From: an uncultured Anaerolineales bacterium
GTDB taxonomy: Bacteria > Chloroflexota > Anaerolineae > UBA1429
DNA: 64,000 nt
Reading direction: 5' to 3'
Assembly: GCA_964407215.1 (NCBI GenBank)
Contig: CAYOUT010000006.1
Location: 87,437 to 151,436 of the forward strand
Below the pieces are notes generated by a model. The model saw nothing but the letters and a program-made list of their open reading frames with translations. It did not search any database and was not told where the DNA came from. Both the position numbers and the translations under genes were made by a program. This document shows, piece after piece, positions 55,840-64,000 of this stretch. How positions within the stretch are numbered: position 1 is the stretch's first letter; every line of letters starts with the position of its first letter.

Positions 55840-56733
55840 CTATGGGGCATCCGGCCAGTACTTGGATGCCAGCTCGCGGGCGGCCACGACGCTGCGCAGC
55901 GTCTCGGGCTCGCCATCGCCCAAGTATTCGATGGCCACATGGCCCGTGTAGCCGCGCTCCAGGAAGGTGCGCAGGATCCAATCCAGGTCCAGCGTGCCCT
56001 CGCCAAAGGGCACCTGGATTCGCCCCGGGGCGGCGTCTCGCAGGTGTACGTGAGCGGCCGCGTCCATCAGGGGGATGGCGTCGCGCGGGTCGATCTCTTG
56101 CGCGGCGAGATGCGACGGGTCGTAGGCCAGGCGCAGGCCGGGCACCGCATCGAGCAGCCACAGGGCGCCGTCGAGGGTCTCGGCCACCGAATCGATATGG
56201 TTCTCTAGCGCCAAGACCACGCCGGCCTCGTCCGCGATGGCCACCATCTCGCGCAGCGATGCGGCGGTGTCGTCCATGACGCTGGCCAGCGGGCGGGTGG
56301 GGTCTATCTGGCGCGGCTGCAGCGAGGCCACGGCGATGCCCATGTCGCGCATAAAGCGCACGATGGCGCGTGTCTCGGCGTCGCGGGCGGCGCAGGCCTC
56401 CGGCGAGCGGTCGTAGGTTTGCGGCGAGACGCCGGTGTTGATGGCGCCCAACGCGAGACCGGCGCGTTGCAGGGCGGCCCGCGTGCGCGCCAGCACGCCG
56501 TCATAGTCGGTGACCAGCTCGGACGGGTGCACGTGGTTCCAGCCGTCGACGGCCAGCAGGTCGACCGAGGCGAAGCCGAGGCCGGCGATGGCGTCGAGCG
56601 CCGCTTGCAGCGGCGACTTGTTGACTGCTGTGGTAGAACAGAGGATAGACAGCGCGGTGCCTCCTTTCGTGTGCGGGCCAGCGTCAGGGGTCGGTAACTC
56701 TGGCTCGGTTGGCGGCGTGTGATGGCGAGCCAT
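55840..56733 (-). CDS. sugar phosphate isomerase/epimerase (xylose isomerase-like TIM barrel); start uncertain
   Basis: …LALENHIDS…, …LAYDPSHLAAQEID…, …HVHLRDA…. The only ATG (56733) lacks an SD, whereas a strong AAAGGAGG lies 25 codons inside, followed by CTG (…GGAGGcaccgcgCTG TCT ATC…). The true start may be non-canonical. Confidence 0.7.
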   Translation of the reverse strand: MARHHTPPTEPELPTPDAGPHTKGGTALSILCSTTAVNKSPLQAALDAIAGLGFASVDLLAVDGWNHVHPSELVTDYDGVLARTRAALQRAGLALGAINTGVSPQTYDRSPEACAARDAETRAIVRFMRDMGIAVASLQPRQIDPTRPLASVMDDTAASLREMVAIADEAGVVLALENHIDSVAETLDGALWLLDAVPGLRLAYDPSHLAAQEIDPRDAIPLMDAAAHVHLRDAAPGRIQVPFGEGTLDLDWILRTFLERGYTGHVAIEYLGDGEPETLRSVVAARELASKYWPDAP

Positions 56734-56800
56734 TCGGGCGGCTCAGCCGGACACTTTCGATGGATCGCCTGGCCCGGCTGAGCGTCATTACACCACGAGC

Positions 56801-57871
56801 TTACGAGGGGAAGGTGCCGTCCTCTACCATGGCCAGGAACGGGTTGTCGGGGATGTCGGCCGGGAAGCGCACGATGCCCCGGCGCCGCGACGACTCGTAA
56901 ATCCCCATCATGATCTCCATGGTGGCGCGCCCGTTCTCTCCGCTCAGCGGGTGCGGGGCGCCCGTCTCGATGGATTTGATGACATCCTGCACCTCCAGGG
57001 CGATGGCGCCCGGCTTGGTAAAGATGTCCACCGGCACCACTTCTACGTCGCCGCCGCGCAGGATGCGCACGAACCAGCGATCCTCCTCGGGGTCGTAGCC
57101 GTCGCCCGAGACTTCGATGGTGCCCGTCTCCCCGTGGATGGCGAACGCGTGATAGTTCAGCGCGGCGTCGTCCCAAGCGGGGTTGATGCGAACGTCCGGG
57201 TCGCGCGACACGCGGCCCCAGATCAGGTAGGCGTAGGTGCCGTTGTCAAAGGCGAGATAGGCGTTGCCGGCCTCCTCGCAGCGGTGCCCAAAGTAGACAT
57301 AATCAGAGTGGCCGTCGATCTGGCCGATGAGATGGGTGACTTTGGGCTCGCCCATGAGGTGCATGAGCATGTTGATAGTGTGGGTGTGGTCCGTCATGAG
57401 GCACTGGTACTTGCCCCAACCCTCGCCAAAGCGCACCTTGCCGATGGCGCCCTGGCGGATCAGGTCGCGCGCGCGGGCGTACTGCGGCGAGTAGTAGCGC
57501 TGATGGCTGACGGTGAGCACGGCGCCGTTGGCGCGGCAGGCCTCGATCATGCGGTCGGCCTCGGGCAGGTTCATGGCCATCGGCTTTTCGCAGATGATCC
57601 CTTTGACCCCCGCCTCGGCGGCGGCCACGACGGCGGCGCAGTGCAGCTGCTCCGCGGTGACCACCGAGACCAGGTCGGGCCGCACCTCTTTGAGCATGAC
57701 GTTGAAATCGGCGTATTTGCCCTGCATGCCGAACGATTCTTCGTACTGGTCCAGCGCCTCGGGCGCGATATCGGCCCCGGCGACGAGGGGGATGCCCAGT
57801 TCCAAGAACGAGTGGGCGTGGCCTCGGCCCATGCGTCCACACCCGATGATGGCGGCACGATAGTCGGACAT
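56801..57871 (-). CDS. Gfo/Idh/MocA family oxidoreductase
   Basis: Start MSDYRAAIIGCGRMGRGHA with an AGGAGG SD. …EKPMAMNLPEADRMIEAC… is typical of the family. Confidence 0.85.
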   Translation of the reverse strand: MSDYRAAIIGCGRMGRGHAHSFLELGIPLVAGADIAPEALDQYEESFGMQGKYADFNVMLKEVRPDLVSVVTAEQLHCAAVVAAAEAGVKGIICEKPMAMNLPEADRMIEACRANGAVLTVSHQRYYSPQYARARDLIRQGAIGKVRFGEGWGKYQCLMTDHTHTINMLMHLMGEPKVTHLIGQIDGHSDYVYFGHRCEEAGNAYLAFDNGTYAYLIWGRVSRDPDVRINPAWDDAALNYHAFAIHGETGTIEVSGDGYDPEEDRWFVRILRGGDVEVVPVDIFTKPGAIALEVQDVIKSIETGAPHPLSGENGRATMEIMMGIYESSRRRGIVRFPADIPDNPFLAMVEDGTFPS

Positions 57872-58098
57872 TGTGTTGCCTCCTGCGTTACGGAAAGGAT
57901 GCGTGAGCGGCGAGCAGGTGCCACCGCCGCGCCGCCCCAAAAGCGTATACAGTGGGCCCGATCGGGTAGGGCGGGTTGTGTGCCCTTTGGGGCCAGGGGC
58001 GCAAGCACACGCCCGGCCCGAGGGCACCCACCCAGGGGTGCAACGCGTGCGCCCCTGGGTGCGCGGTGAGATCTGTCTCGTGCCTCTCGAAACAGGCG

Positions 58099-59085
58099 TT
58101 ACTTGCTATGGCGGGCGACGATGTCGTCGCGCAGTTTAAAGGCGTACTCGGCGCTGTGCCACATGCGCGAGGCCATCACCATGGGCACGTCGTAGCTCTT
58201 GAACTCCTCGGGGCGCGGATGCATGCCCGCTTCGAGCTGTTTGCGGCCTTTTTCCAGGAACTGGAAGAACTTGGCCATTTTGGTGGGCGTGAGGTCGTCA
58301 AAGCTCTCGAGGAACGCCTCGTCGTACATGGGGATGGCGATAAAGCCAAAGCCATCCTCGATGTTGAGGTTGATATCCGGGTTGTGCTGGTAGAGCAGCT
58401 CGGTGATGGTGGGAAGATCCACCAGGCCGGTGCCCAGCGGGGCGCCGCCCTGCCAGTTGTACCCCTCGGGCGTCGCGTAGACGCAGGTGTCTTTGTAGTG
58501 CGTCGTCTTGGCGTACGGTGCGAGAACGCGCGCCGCCTCCACTGGGTCCTCCATCATGCCCAGGGCGTTGGCGGTGTCGAGGTTCACGCCGATGCCGGGG
58601 GAGTTGACCTGTGTCATCATGTTGGCCAACTCGGTGTAGGTCAGGTCCACGTGCAGCTCCATGGTCACCACCACGTTGTGCTCTTCGGCTATAGGGGCCA
58701 GCTTGCTGAGCACCTCGGTGGTCATCTTGTACTGCTCGGCAAAGGTGGGGGAGGCCATGGTGCGCTCTTTTAACAGGCCAAAGCAGGTGTTGAGGGTGGG
58801 AGAGCCCATCTCGGCCGCCAGCGGGAAGAGCGGCTTCCACGACTCGACCAAGTCGTCGACCGACTTGCCCGAATCCCGCGGGTTGACGCCGCTGCCACCC
58901 AGCTCCACGTACATATCGTGGGCCTGTAGCTTGTCCATAAAGCGCTTGCGCAGGTCGGCGTCCTTGAGGAAGGCCTGCGAGCCGAGCTGCAGTCCCTCGA
59001 GCCGATAGTCGATGGCCTTTTGCAGGAGGCCCATCGAATCCAGGTTCCAAGAACTGAAGGAAATAGTGTCCAGTCCAACGCGCAT
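58099..59085 (-). CDS. sugar phosphate isomerase/epimerase (xylose isomerase-like TIM barrel)
   Basis: AAGGAG SD. …VVTMELHVDL…, …GVNLDTANALG…, …HYKD…. Confidence 0.85.
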   Translation of the reverse strand: MRVGLDTISFSSWNLDSMGLLQKAIDYRLEGLQLGSQAFLKDADLRKRFMDKLQAHDMYVELGGSGVNPRDSGKSVDDLVESWKPLFPLAAEMGSPTLNTCFGLLKERTMASPTFAEQYKMTTEVLSKLAPIAEEHNVVVTMELHVDLTYTELANMMTQVNSPGIGVNLDTANALGMMEDPVEAARVLAPYAKTTHYKDTCVYATPEGYNWQGGAPLGTGLVDLPTITELLYQHNPDINLNIEDGFGFIAIPMYDEAFLESFDDLTPTKMAKFFQFLEKGRKQLEAGMHPRPEEFKSYDVPMVMASRMWHSAEYAFKLRDDIVARHSK

Positions 59086-59137
59086 GATGTTCGATTCTCC
59101 TTGTCTGCTGAAAAACGGTCTTTACGCCCGGCCGGTG

Positions 59138-60154
59138 TTACAGATCGCCGTTGGCGATCATAGCCTGTAAGGGATTATCCAGCACATCGATGGGCAGCGT
59201 CAAGCGGCAGCGCCGGCGAGAGGATTCGAAAATCGCCACGATGATCTCCAGCGCCGCACGGCCCGATTCGCCGCTGAGGATGTGGTTGGGGATATCGCCC
59301 TCGATCCAACGCATCAGGTCGCGCATGTACATGCCGAACGGGTTCATGACGCTGCTCTGGTCCACCTCGTGGAGCACCCAGCCGGCCTGCTGGCCGTTGC
59401 AGATGCGCCAGCGCTCCTCGCTGTCGCCACCGATCTCGATGCGGCCCTCGGTGCCCTGCAGGGTGATGCGCTGGTAGGCGGGCTGCGGCGAGACGTCTCC
59501 CGTCTGCACGATGCCGCGCACGCCGCTGGCAAAGCTGAGGAAAGCGAACGCCGCATCCTCCACGTCGTGGCCGAAGCGGCTGTTGCCGCGCTTGCGCTCG
59601 ATCTGCCCCAGCACCCAATCCACCGGGGAGTCGTCTACAAAGAAGCGCATCAGGTCGAGGCTGTGGGTGGCGTCGGTAAAGAGGTCGCCACGGCACAGGC
59701 TCTGTACCTCCACCAGCTCGCCGATGGCGCCGCTATCGAGCGCAGCCTTGGCCTGGGTGTAGCGCAGGTTGTAGCGCCGCTGATGGCCCACCACGAGCTT
59801 GGTGCCCGACGCGGCGCAAGCCTCCACCATGCGGTTGGCGTCGCTGCGGGTGAGGGCCATCGGCTTTTCGCAGGCGATCCCCTTGACGCCGGCCTCGGCG
59901 GCGGCCACCACCATATCGGCGTGCAGGGGCGGCCAGGTGCAAATGCTGACGATATCGAGCCGCTCTTTGGCGAGCATCTCGATGTAATCGCTATAGAGCG
60001 CGGTGCCCGGCCACTGCTCGCCGAACTTGTCCAGCGCCGCCTGCGAGACATCCGCTGCAGCGACGACCTGGGCCTCCGGCAGGCTGGTGTAGCCGTGCAT
60101 GTGGGCGCGAGAGATGCCGCCCAGCCCAATCAACCCAACACGATACTCGGCCAT
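59138..60154 (-). CDS. Gfo/Idh/MocA family oxidoreductase
   Basis: MAEYRVGLIGLGGISRAHMHGY… with an AGGAGG SD. …ACEKPMALTRSDANRMVEAC…. Confidence 0.85.
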   Translation of the reverse strand: MAEYRVGLIGLGGISRAHMHGYTSLPEAQVVAAADVSQAALDKFGEQWPGTALYSDYIEMLAKERLDIVSICTWPPLHADMVVAAAEAGVKGIACEKPMALTRSDANRMVEACAASGTKLVVGHQRRYNLRYTQAKAALDSGAIGELVEVQSLCRGDLFTDATHSLDLMRFFVDDSPVDWVLGQIERKRGNSRFGHDVEDAAFAFLSFASGVRGIVQTGDVSPQPAYQRITLQGTEGRIEIGGDSEERWRICNGQQAGWVLHEVDQSSVMNPFGMYMRDLMRWIEGDIPNHILSGESGRAALEIIVAIFESSRRRCRLTLPIDVLDNPLQAMIANGDL

Positions 60155-60344
60155 TCGAAACGTCCTCCTGAGAAAAGAGTGATGAGAGTGGCGGCGCTAG
60201 CAATCTGGATGGGCGCACACCGAGTGCGCCCGCGCGCCGCCAACGGGCTGCGATGAATCTGTGTGACGTAGCGTGGGTGGAAGCGTGTGCGCCCGCGCGC
60301 CCGCATACTGGGTGCTCTCGCAAGGGTGCACGCCGCTACCCCGC

Positions 60345-63212
60345 TTACGTCATCGCCTCGCCAAGCTTGAGCGCCTCGAACACGCGGATGCGCGTGAGGA
60401 ACCAGATGACGCCCAAGTTGGTGGCGAAAGAGGTGACGAGCATGGCCAAGACAGCTTTGGCCACGTCGCCCCAGGCCATGGTCACCAGGAAGGGGGGCAC
60501 CAGATCGGCCGCGGTGTAGCCCACCTGCAGGAAGGGAATAAAGAGCTCGCTGGTGATGAGCCCCACATAGAGCCCCACGCCGATGCCCACTAGGGTGATG
60601 AGCGCCAACTCGCTGGAGAGCGACACGGCCAGCTGCCACGATGAGAGGCCGATGGCGCGGATCATGCCGAACTGGATGAAGCGCTGGCGGAACGAGAGCA
60701 GCGCATAGATCACCTGCGCCAACATGCTCAGCCCCACAGTGACGACAAAGCCCACCGAGAGAAAGCCGAACAGCCCTGTGCGCTCGGGGCGCGTCTGGGC
60801 GGCGGCGATCTGCACACGCGCATCCTGCGAGCTCATGATGCGGAACCCGATGCGCTCCAGGTCGTCCACCAGCGTTTCGAGATCCACCTCATCGGCCACG
60901 GAGAGCCACACATCGTAGGGCACTTCGCCGCCGATGTTCTCAAAGATGTAATCCAGGTTGGTCACAAAGATCGAGCCCTTGTCTGGCAGGGCGGTGGGAA
61001 AGTAGTGGATCACGCCGACGATGGTAAAGGGCACCGTCTTGTTGCCGGTGGAGAACAGGCCGGCCAAAGGGAGCGTATCGCCCAGGGTGAGGCCGGTGGC
61101 AGAGAGGACGTCTTCGCTCACCAGGATCCCGTCGCGGTGGGAGGCCAGGGCGTTCATCAACGCGCCCAGCGACTGGTCGGCGAAATCGGAGCGAAAGAAC
61201 CCCACTTGCGGAAAGTCGAGCCGGTCGATGCCGTACACATTGCCGACGGCGTAGCCGCTGGCGCGGGCCTGCCCTTTGAACTGGCCCACGCGGGCCACGG
61301 CGCGCACGCCTTGGGCGTTGAGGTGCTCTTGCACCGGCGCCATAAGGTACACCGGGCGCTCGTCGCTCGGCCCCTCGTCGTCCTCGGCGCCCGCAACGTC
61401 GCCCGGCTGCGATGCGATGGCCACGCCCTCGCGCAGGGCGACGTCCGCGCCCACGCGGTAGCGTATCTGGCTCACCACATTCTCATCCATGGTGCGCGCG
61501 GCCGAGGCGGTAAAGGTGCCCAAGCCCGTGGTGAGGATCAGGATCAGCAGCAAGCCTACGTGAGCGTACCCGGCGCGCGTGAGGTTGCGCATGGCCAACA
61601 ACAGAGATACGCCGCTGGTCTGCCCCACAATCCAACTGGGGAGCCACAGGAGCGCCGGAAAGATGCGTACACTCACCAACCCGGCCGCCAGGATGAACAG
61701 CGCCGGCGCCAAGAAGAGGAGCGGGTTGGAGAAGGGGCTCTCTTGCCGCCCCATCTGCAAAAACGCGATGCGGCCCTGGCCAAAGAGCTGGTAGTAGCCG
61801 TAGATGGCCACGGCCAGCAACAGCAGGTCGAGGTAGTAGCGCTGCCAAAAGGGCCGGTTGGTGGAGCGGGCCGATTCGGCGCGTGCGCCCACCACCGTCA
61901 TGCGCGAGGCGCCCACGGCGGGCAACACGGTGGCCAACATGGCGATGATCAGGCCGCCCAGCGCGTAGCGCAGCGCCGGCACGGTGATGGCGACGTTCAA
62001 CGGCTCGCGCGTGGTAAAAGAGAGAAAGCTGTAGGTGGCGCCGATGGCTTGGGCGATGTAGCGCCCCAGGATGGGGCCGATGACGATGGCCGCCGCCCCC
62101 AGGAGCGCAGCTTGAAAGATATAGATCCCGAACACTTGCATGCTGCTGGAGCCGCGCGACTTGAGCATGGCGATCTCGAGGCGCTGCCGAGCCACCGATC
62201 CGCTGGCCACCAGTACGATGAAATAGATCACCAGCCCGATAAAGGGGATCAAAAAGCTGACCAACTGGATGGCCTGGGCCGAGGCGGCGCGCTGGTAGCG
62301 CAGCAACGCCGACACGGGCGAGACGGTGAGGCCGGTGCCGGGCAGCAGCACGTTGATGCGCGAATTGACGCGGTTGATGCGCCGCAAGAGGCCGGGCACG
62401 TTCTCGGCGCGGACGTGGCTGCCGTCGAACTCTTGGTACCACCCCAGGCTGTAGAGCGCATGGGGCACCCTGCCCGAGGCGGCCAGGGAGACGTACTGCG
62501 GCTCCAGCAGCAGGAAGGTGGTGTCGAACGCACTGGGCGAAACGTACCAGAACCTGGAGGTGGCATCTTTTACCTGCCACACGCCGACGATGCGCGCCTG
62601 CAGCTCCAGGCGGGGGCGCACGCCAGCCGCCGTCTCGCCGCCCTGGTCGAACAGCGTGATCAGCTCGCCCGGCTGCAGCCCCAAGTCCTGAGCCAGCTTC
62701 TGGCTGATGAGGACCTCCAGCGGCCCGTCCTCGGCCGCGGGCTGGGGCATGCCCCCTTCGACGACGGTGATCTGTTCCTCCAGGCCGCGGATGAACCCCA
62801 GGTTGCCGCGAGTCAGCAGCTCGCGAGCGGTGTACTGCCCGCCGGCGGGGTAGACGGCAAAGAGGTCGCTCTTGCCATAGTGCATATCCTGCGTCCGGCG
62901 CAGGCCCATGGCTTGGGGGAGGTTGGCAGCCATATACTGCCGCAACGCGTCATAGTTCTCCCAAGTGGCGCCCGCCGACGTGCCGCCGGTGTAGGTGTAG
63001 TGAAAGCCGTAGGTGGGCGCTGTGCTGGAGCGCTTGGAGAGCTCGCGGGCGAGAAGTTGCTGGTTTACGGCGTCCGTGTACATGGGGATGGCCGCCGTCA
63101 GAGCCACGAACGCGGCCCAGCCGAACAAGAGGCTCACGGTCAACGCGGGTTCGGCGAGCAGGCGAGCGAACACGAGACGCCATAACCCGGTGAATCTCAA
63201 AAGTGCGCGCAT
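60345..63212 (-). CDS. FtsX-like ABC transporter permease (two FtsX domains, MacB/YknZ-like, ~10 TM)
   Basis: 955 aa with a large extracytoplasmic domain after TM1 and two FtsX-type 4-TM bundles (…MLKSRGSSSMQVFGIYIF…, …MIRAIGLSSWQLAVSLSSELALI…). No adjacent ATPase in the window. Confidence 0.8.
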   Translation of the reverse strand: MRALLRFTGLWRLVFARLLAEPALTVSLLFGWAAFVALTAAIPMYTDAVNQQLLARELSKRSSTAPTYGFHYTYTGGTSAGATWENYDALRQYMAANLPQAMGLRRTQDMHYGKSDLFAVYPAGGQYTARELLTRGNLGFIRGLEEQITVVEGGMPQPAAEDGPLEVLISQKLAQDLGLQPGELITLFDQGGETAAGVRPRLELQARIVGVWQVKDATSRFWYVSPSAFDTTFLLLEPQYVSLAASGRVPHALYSLGWYQEFDGSHVRAENVPGLLRRINRVNSRINVLLPGTGLTVSPVSALLRYQRAASAQAIQLVSFLIPFIGLVIYFIVLVASGSVARQRLEIAMLKSRGSSSMQVFGIYIFQAALLGAAAIVIGPILGRYIAQAIGATYSFLSFTTREPLNVAITVPALRYALGGLIIAMLATVLPAVGASRMTVVGARAESARSTNRPFWQRYYLDLLLLAVAIYGYYQLFGQGRIAFLQMGRQESPFSNPLLFLAPALFILAAGLVSVRIFPALLWLPSWIVGQTSGVSLLLAMRNLTRAGYAHVGLLLILILTTGLGTFTASAARTMDENVVSQIRYRVGADVALREGVAIASQPGDVAGAEDDEGPSDERPVYLMAPVQEHLNAQGVRAVARVGQFKGQARASGYAVGNVYGIDRLDFPQVGFFRSDFADQSLGALMNALASHRDGILVSEDVLSATGLTLGDTLPLAGLFSTGNKTVPFTIVGVIHYFPTALPDKGSIFVTNLDYIFENIGGEVPYDVWLSVADEVDLETLVDDLERIGFRIMSSQDARVQIAAAQTRPERTGLFGFLSVGFVVTVGLSMLAQVIYALLSFRQRFIQFGMIRAIGLSSWQLAVSLSSELALITLVGIGVGLYVGLITSELFIPFLQVGYTAADLVPPFLVTMAWGDVAKAVLAMLVTSFATNLGVIWFLTRIRVFEALKLGEAMT

Positions 63213-63309
63213 ATCCCTTCCAACATAAGTCTGGGCTCCGCTGTTCGGGACCCCATACAGTCGGTTTCGCTTCGGCCGGGCTCGTTTTTACACGGTACGC
63301 ACGAGCTCG

Positions 63310-63407
63310 CCGCCGGGCTGGCCAGGGGGTAAAGCCCCGGCACAGGTTCCTGGGCGTGCCAAGGGCACCCGGCAGACCCAGCCCGGTACTGCAGTGTCGG
63401 GCGCGCC
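63310..63407. repeat. ~100-nt structured intergenic repeat, copy 1
   Basis: CGCCGGGCTGGCCAGGGGGTAAAGCCCCGGCACAGGTTCCTGGGCGTGCCAAGGGCACCCGGCAGACCCAGCCCGGTACTGCAGTGTCGGGCGCGCC. Contains two hairpins. Confidence 0.7.
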
Positions 63408-63439
63408 CCCGCGCACGCACCCCATTCGGTGGCGCGCGG

Positions 63440-63537
63440 CGCCGGGCTGGCCAGGGGTTGAAACCCCTGGCACAGGTTCCTGGGCGTGCTGAGAGCACTC
63501 GGCAAACCCAGCCCGGTACTGCAGTGCCGGACGCGCC
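63440..63537. repeat. ~100-nt structured intergenic repeat, copy 2 (about 85-90% identical)
   Basis: Same order of motifs. Hairpin 2 differs by a compensatory pair (GUGCC-AAG-GGCAC versus GUGCU-GAG-AGCAC). Hairpin 1 is perfect in copy 2 (GCCAGGGG-uugaaa-CCCCUGGC). Ends at the stop codon of the permease gene. Confidence 0.7.
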
Positions 63538-63539
63538 TC

Positions 63540-64000
63540 TTAGACTTTGAGCGCGCCCGAGGCGAGGCCCTCGACGAACAGCCTGCTGGTAAAGGCGAAC
63601 AGGATGATCATCGGGATGGAGGCGATGACATAGCCCGCCATCAACGTACCCCAGCGCGTGTACATCTCGTTGCGGAACGCGTACAGGCCGATGGTCAGCG
63701 TCATGAGCTTTTTGGTGTTGACAGTGATCATGGGCCAGATCAGGTCGTTCCACGTGCTGGTGATGTGCATGATGGCCACCACACCCACGATCGAGTTGGC
63801 CAGCGGCATCGCCACCCGCAAAAAGGTAGAGATCTCGCTGGCGCCGTCGATGCGGGCCGCCTCGAATAGCTCCTCGGGCATCCCCTCAAAGAACGAGCGC
63901 AACACAAAGATGGCGAACACCTGCCCGCCCGCCATGTAGGGCAGCATCAGCACCCAGCGGGTGTTGAGCAACCCCAAGGAGTTCACCAACAGGAACGAGG
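63540..64000 (-). CDS. carbohydrate ABC transporter permease (MalG/UgpE-like), C-terminal part; gene continues beyond window end
   Basis: EAA loop (…FEAARIDGASEISTFLRVAMPLA…) and terminal TM helices. Open at the window edge. Confidence 0.8.
   Translation of the reverse strand, partial: SFLLVNSLGLLNTRWVLMLPYMAGGQVFAIFVLRSFFEGMPEELFEAARIDGASEISTFLRVAMPLANSIVGVVAIMHITSTWNDLIWPMITVNTKKLMTLTIGLYAFRNEMYTRWGTLMAGYVIASIPMIILFAFTSRLFVEGLASGALKV

Overview
This is a 64-kb high-GC (~68-70%) bacterial chromosomal window with about 55 protein-coding genes. Translation signals are strongly Shine-Dalgarno-like (GGAGG variants), with several TTG starts. Canonical sigma70-type promoters (TTGAC-N16-18-TATAAT/TATGCT) are readable in the intergenic regions. 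Phylum is uncertain; the gene content is compatible with Chloroflexota or Armatimonadota, but this is a low-confidence guess. Because of the high GC, many long antisense shadow ORFs appear in the ORF track; I accepted only frames with recognisable protein families and start signals.

Content is dominated by carbohydrate catabolism:
- a GH2 beta-mannosidase-like enzyme, a clan GH-A hydrolase, a GH-D-like hydrolase, a GH42-like hydrolase and a beta-helix protein;
- four Gfo/Idh/MocA oxidoreductases interleaved with five xylose-isomerase-like TIM-barrel proteins;
- an enolase-superfamily dehydratase and an HpcH aldolase;
- a Tat-lipoprotein sugar-binding protein, a DegT aminotransferase and two URO-D-like proteins.

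Other content includes pstS-pstC, pyruvate-dehydrogenase-type E1 alpha/beta, creatininase, two nitroreductases, GNAT, HD, Ogt, macro-domain, CHAP, MBL, MOSC, ferritin-like and AKR genes.

The features most worth a second look are:
1. a REPtron: a lower-GC RAYT (Y1 HUH transposase) gene flanked on both sides by REP palindrome arrays;
2. a ~350-nt orphan transcript with a consensus promoter and a strong terminator but no ORF, a candidate novel structured ncRNA;
3. an HK / single-domain RR / hybrid REC-PAS-HisKA_3 kinase cluster in which two kinases share a ~319-bp nucleotide-identical PAS segment;
4. a TTG-initiated HTH protein with a DnaA-N-like C-terminal domain, whose promoter abuts a perfect 12-4-12 operator palindrome, divergent from a large secreted surface protein (DNRLRE domain plus seven DUF11-like repeats) with its own consensus promoter, 213-nt leader and terminator;
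5. an RsgA-like protein with degenerate GTPase motifs, preceded by a consensus promoter and an 18-codon leader ORF;
6. two families of structured intergenic repeats.

Coordinates of non-ORF features are read by eye and may be off by 1-2 nt.
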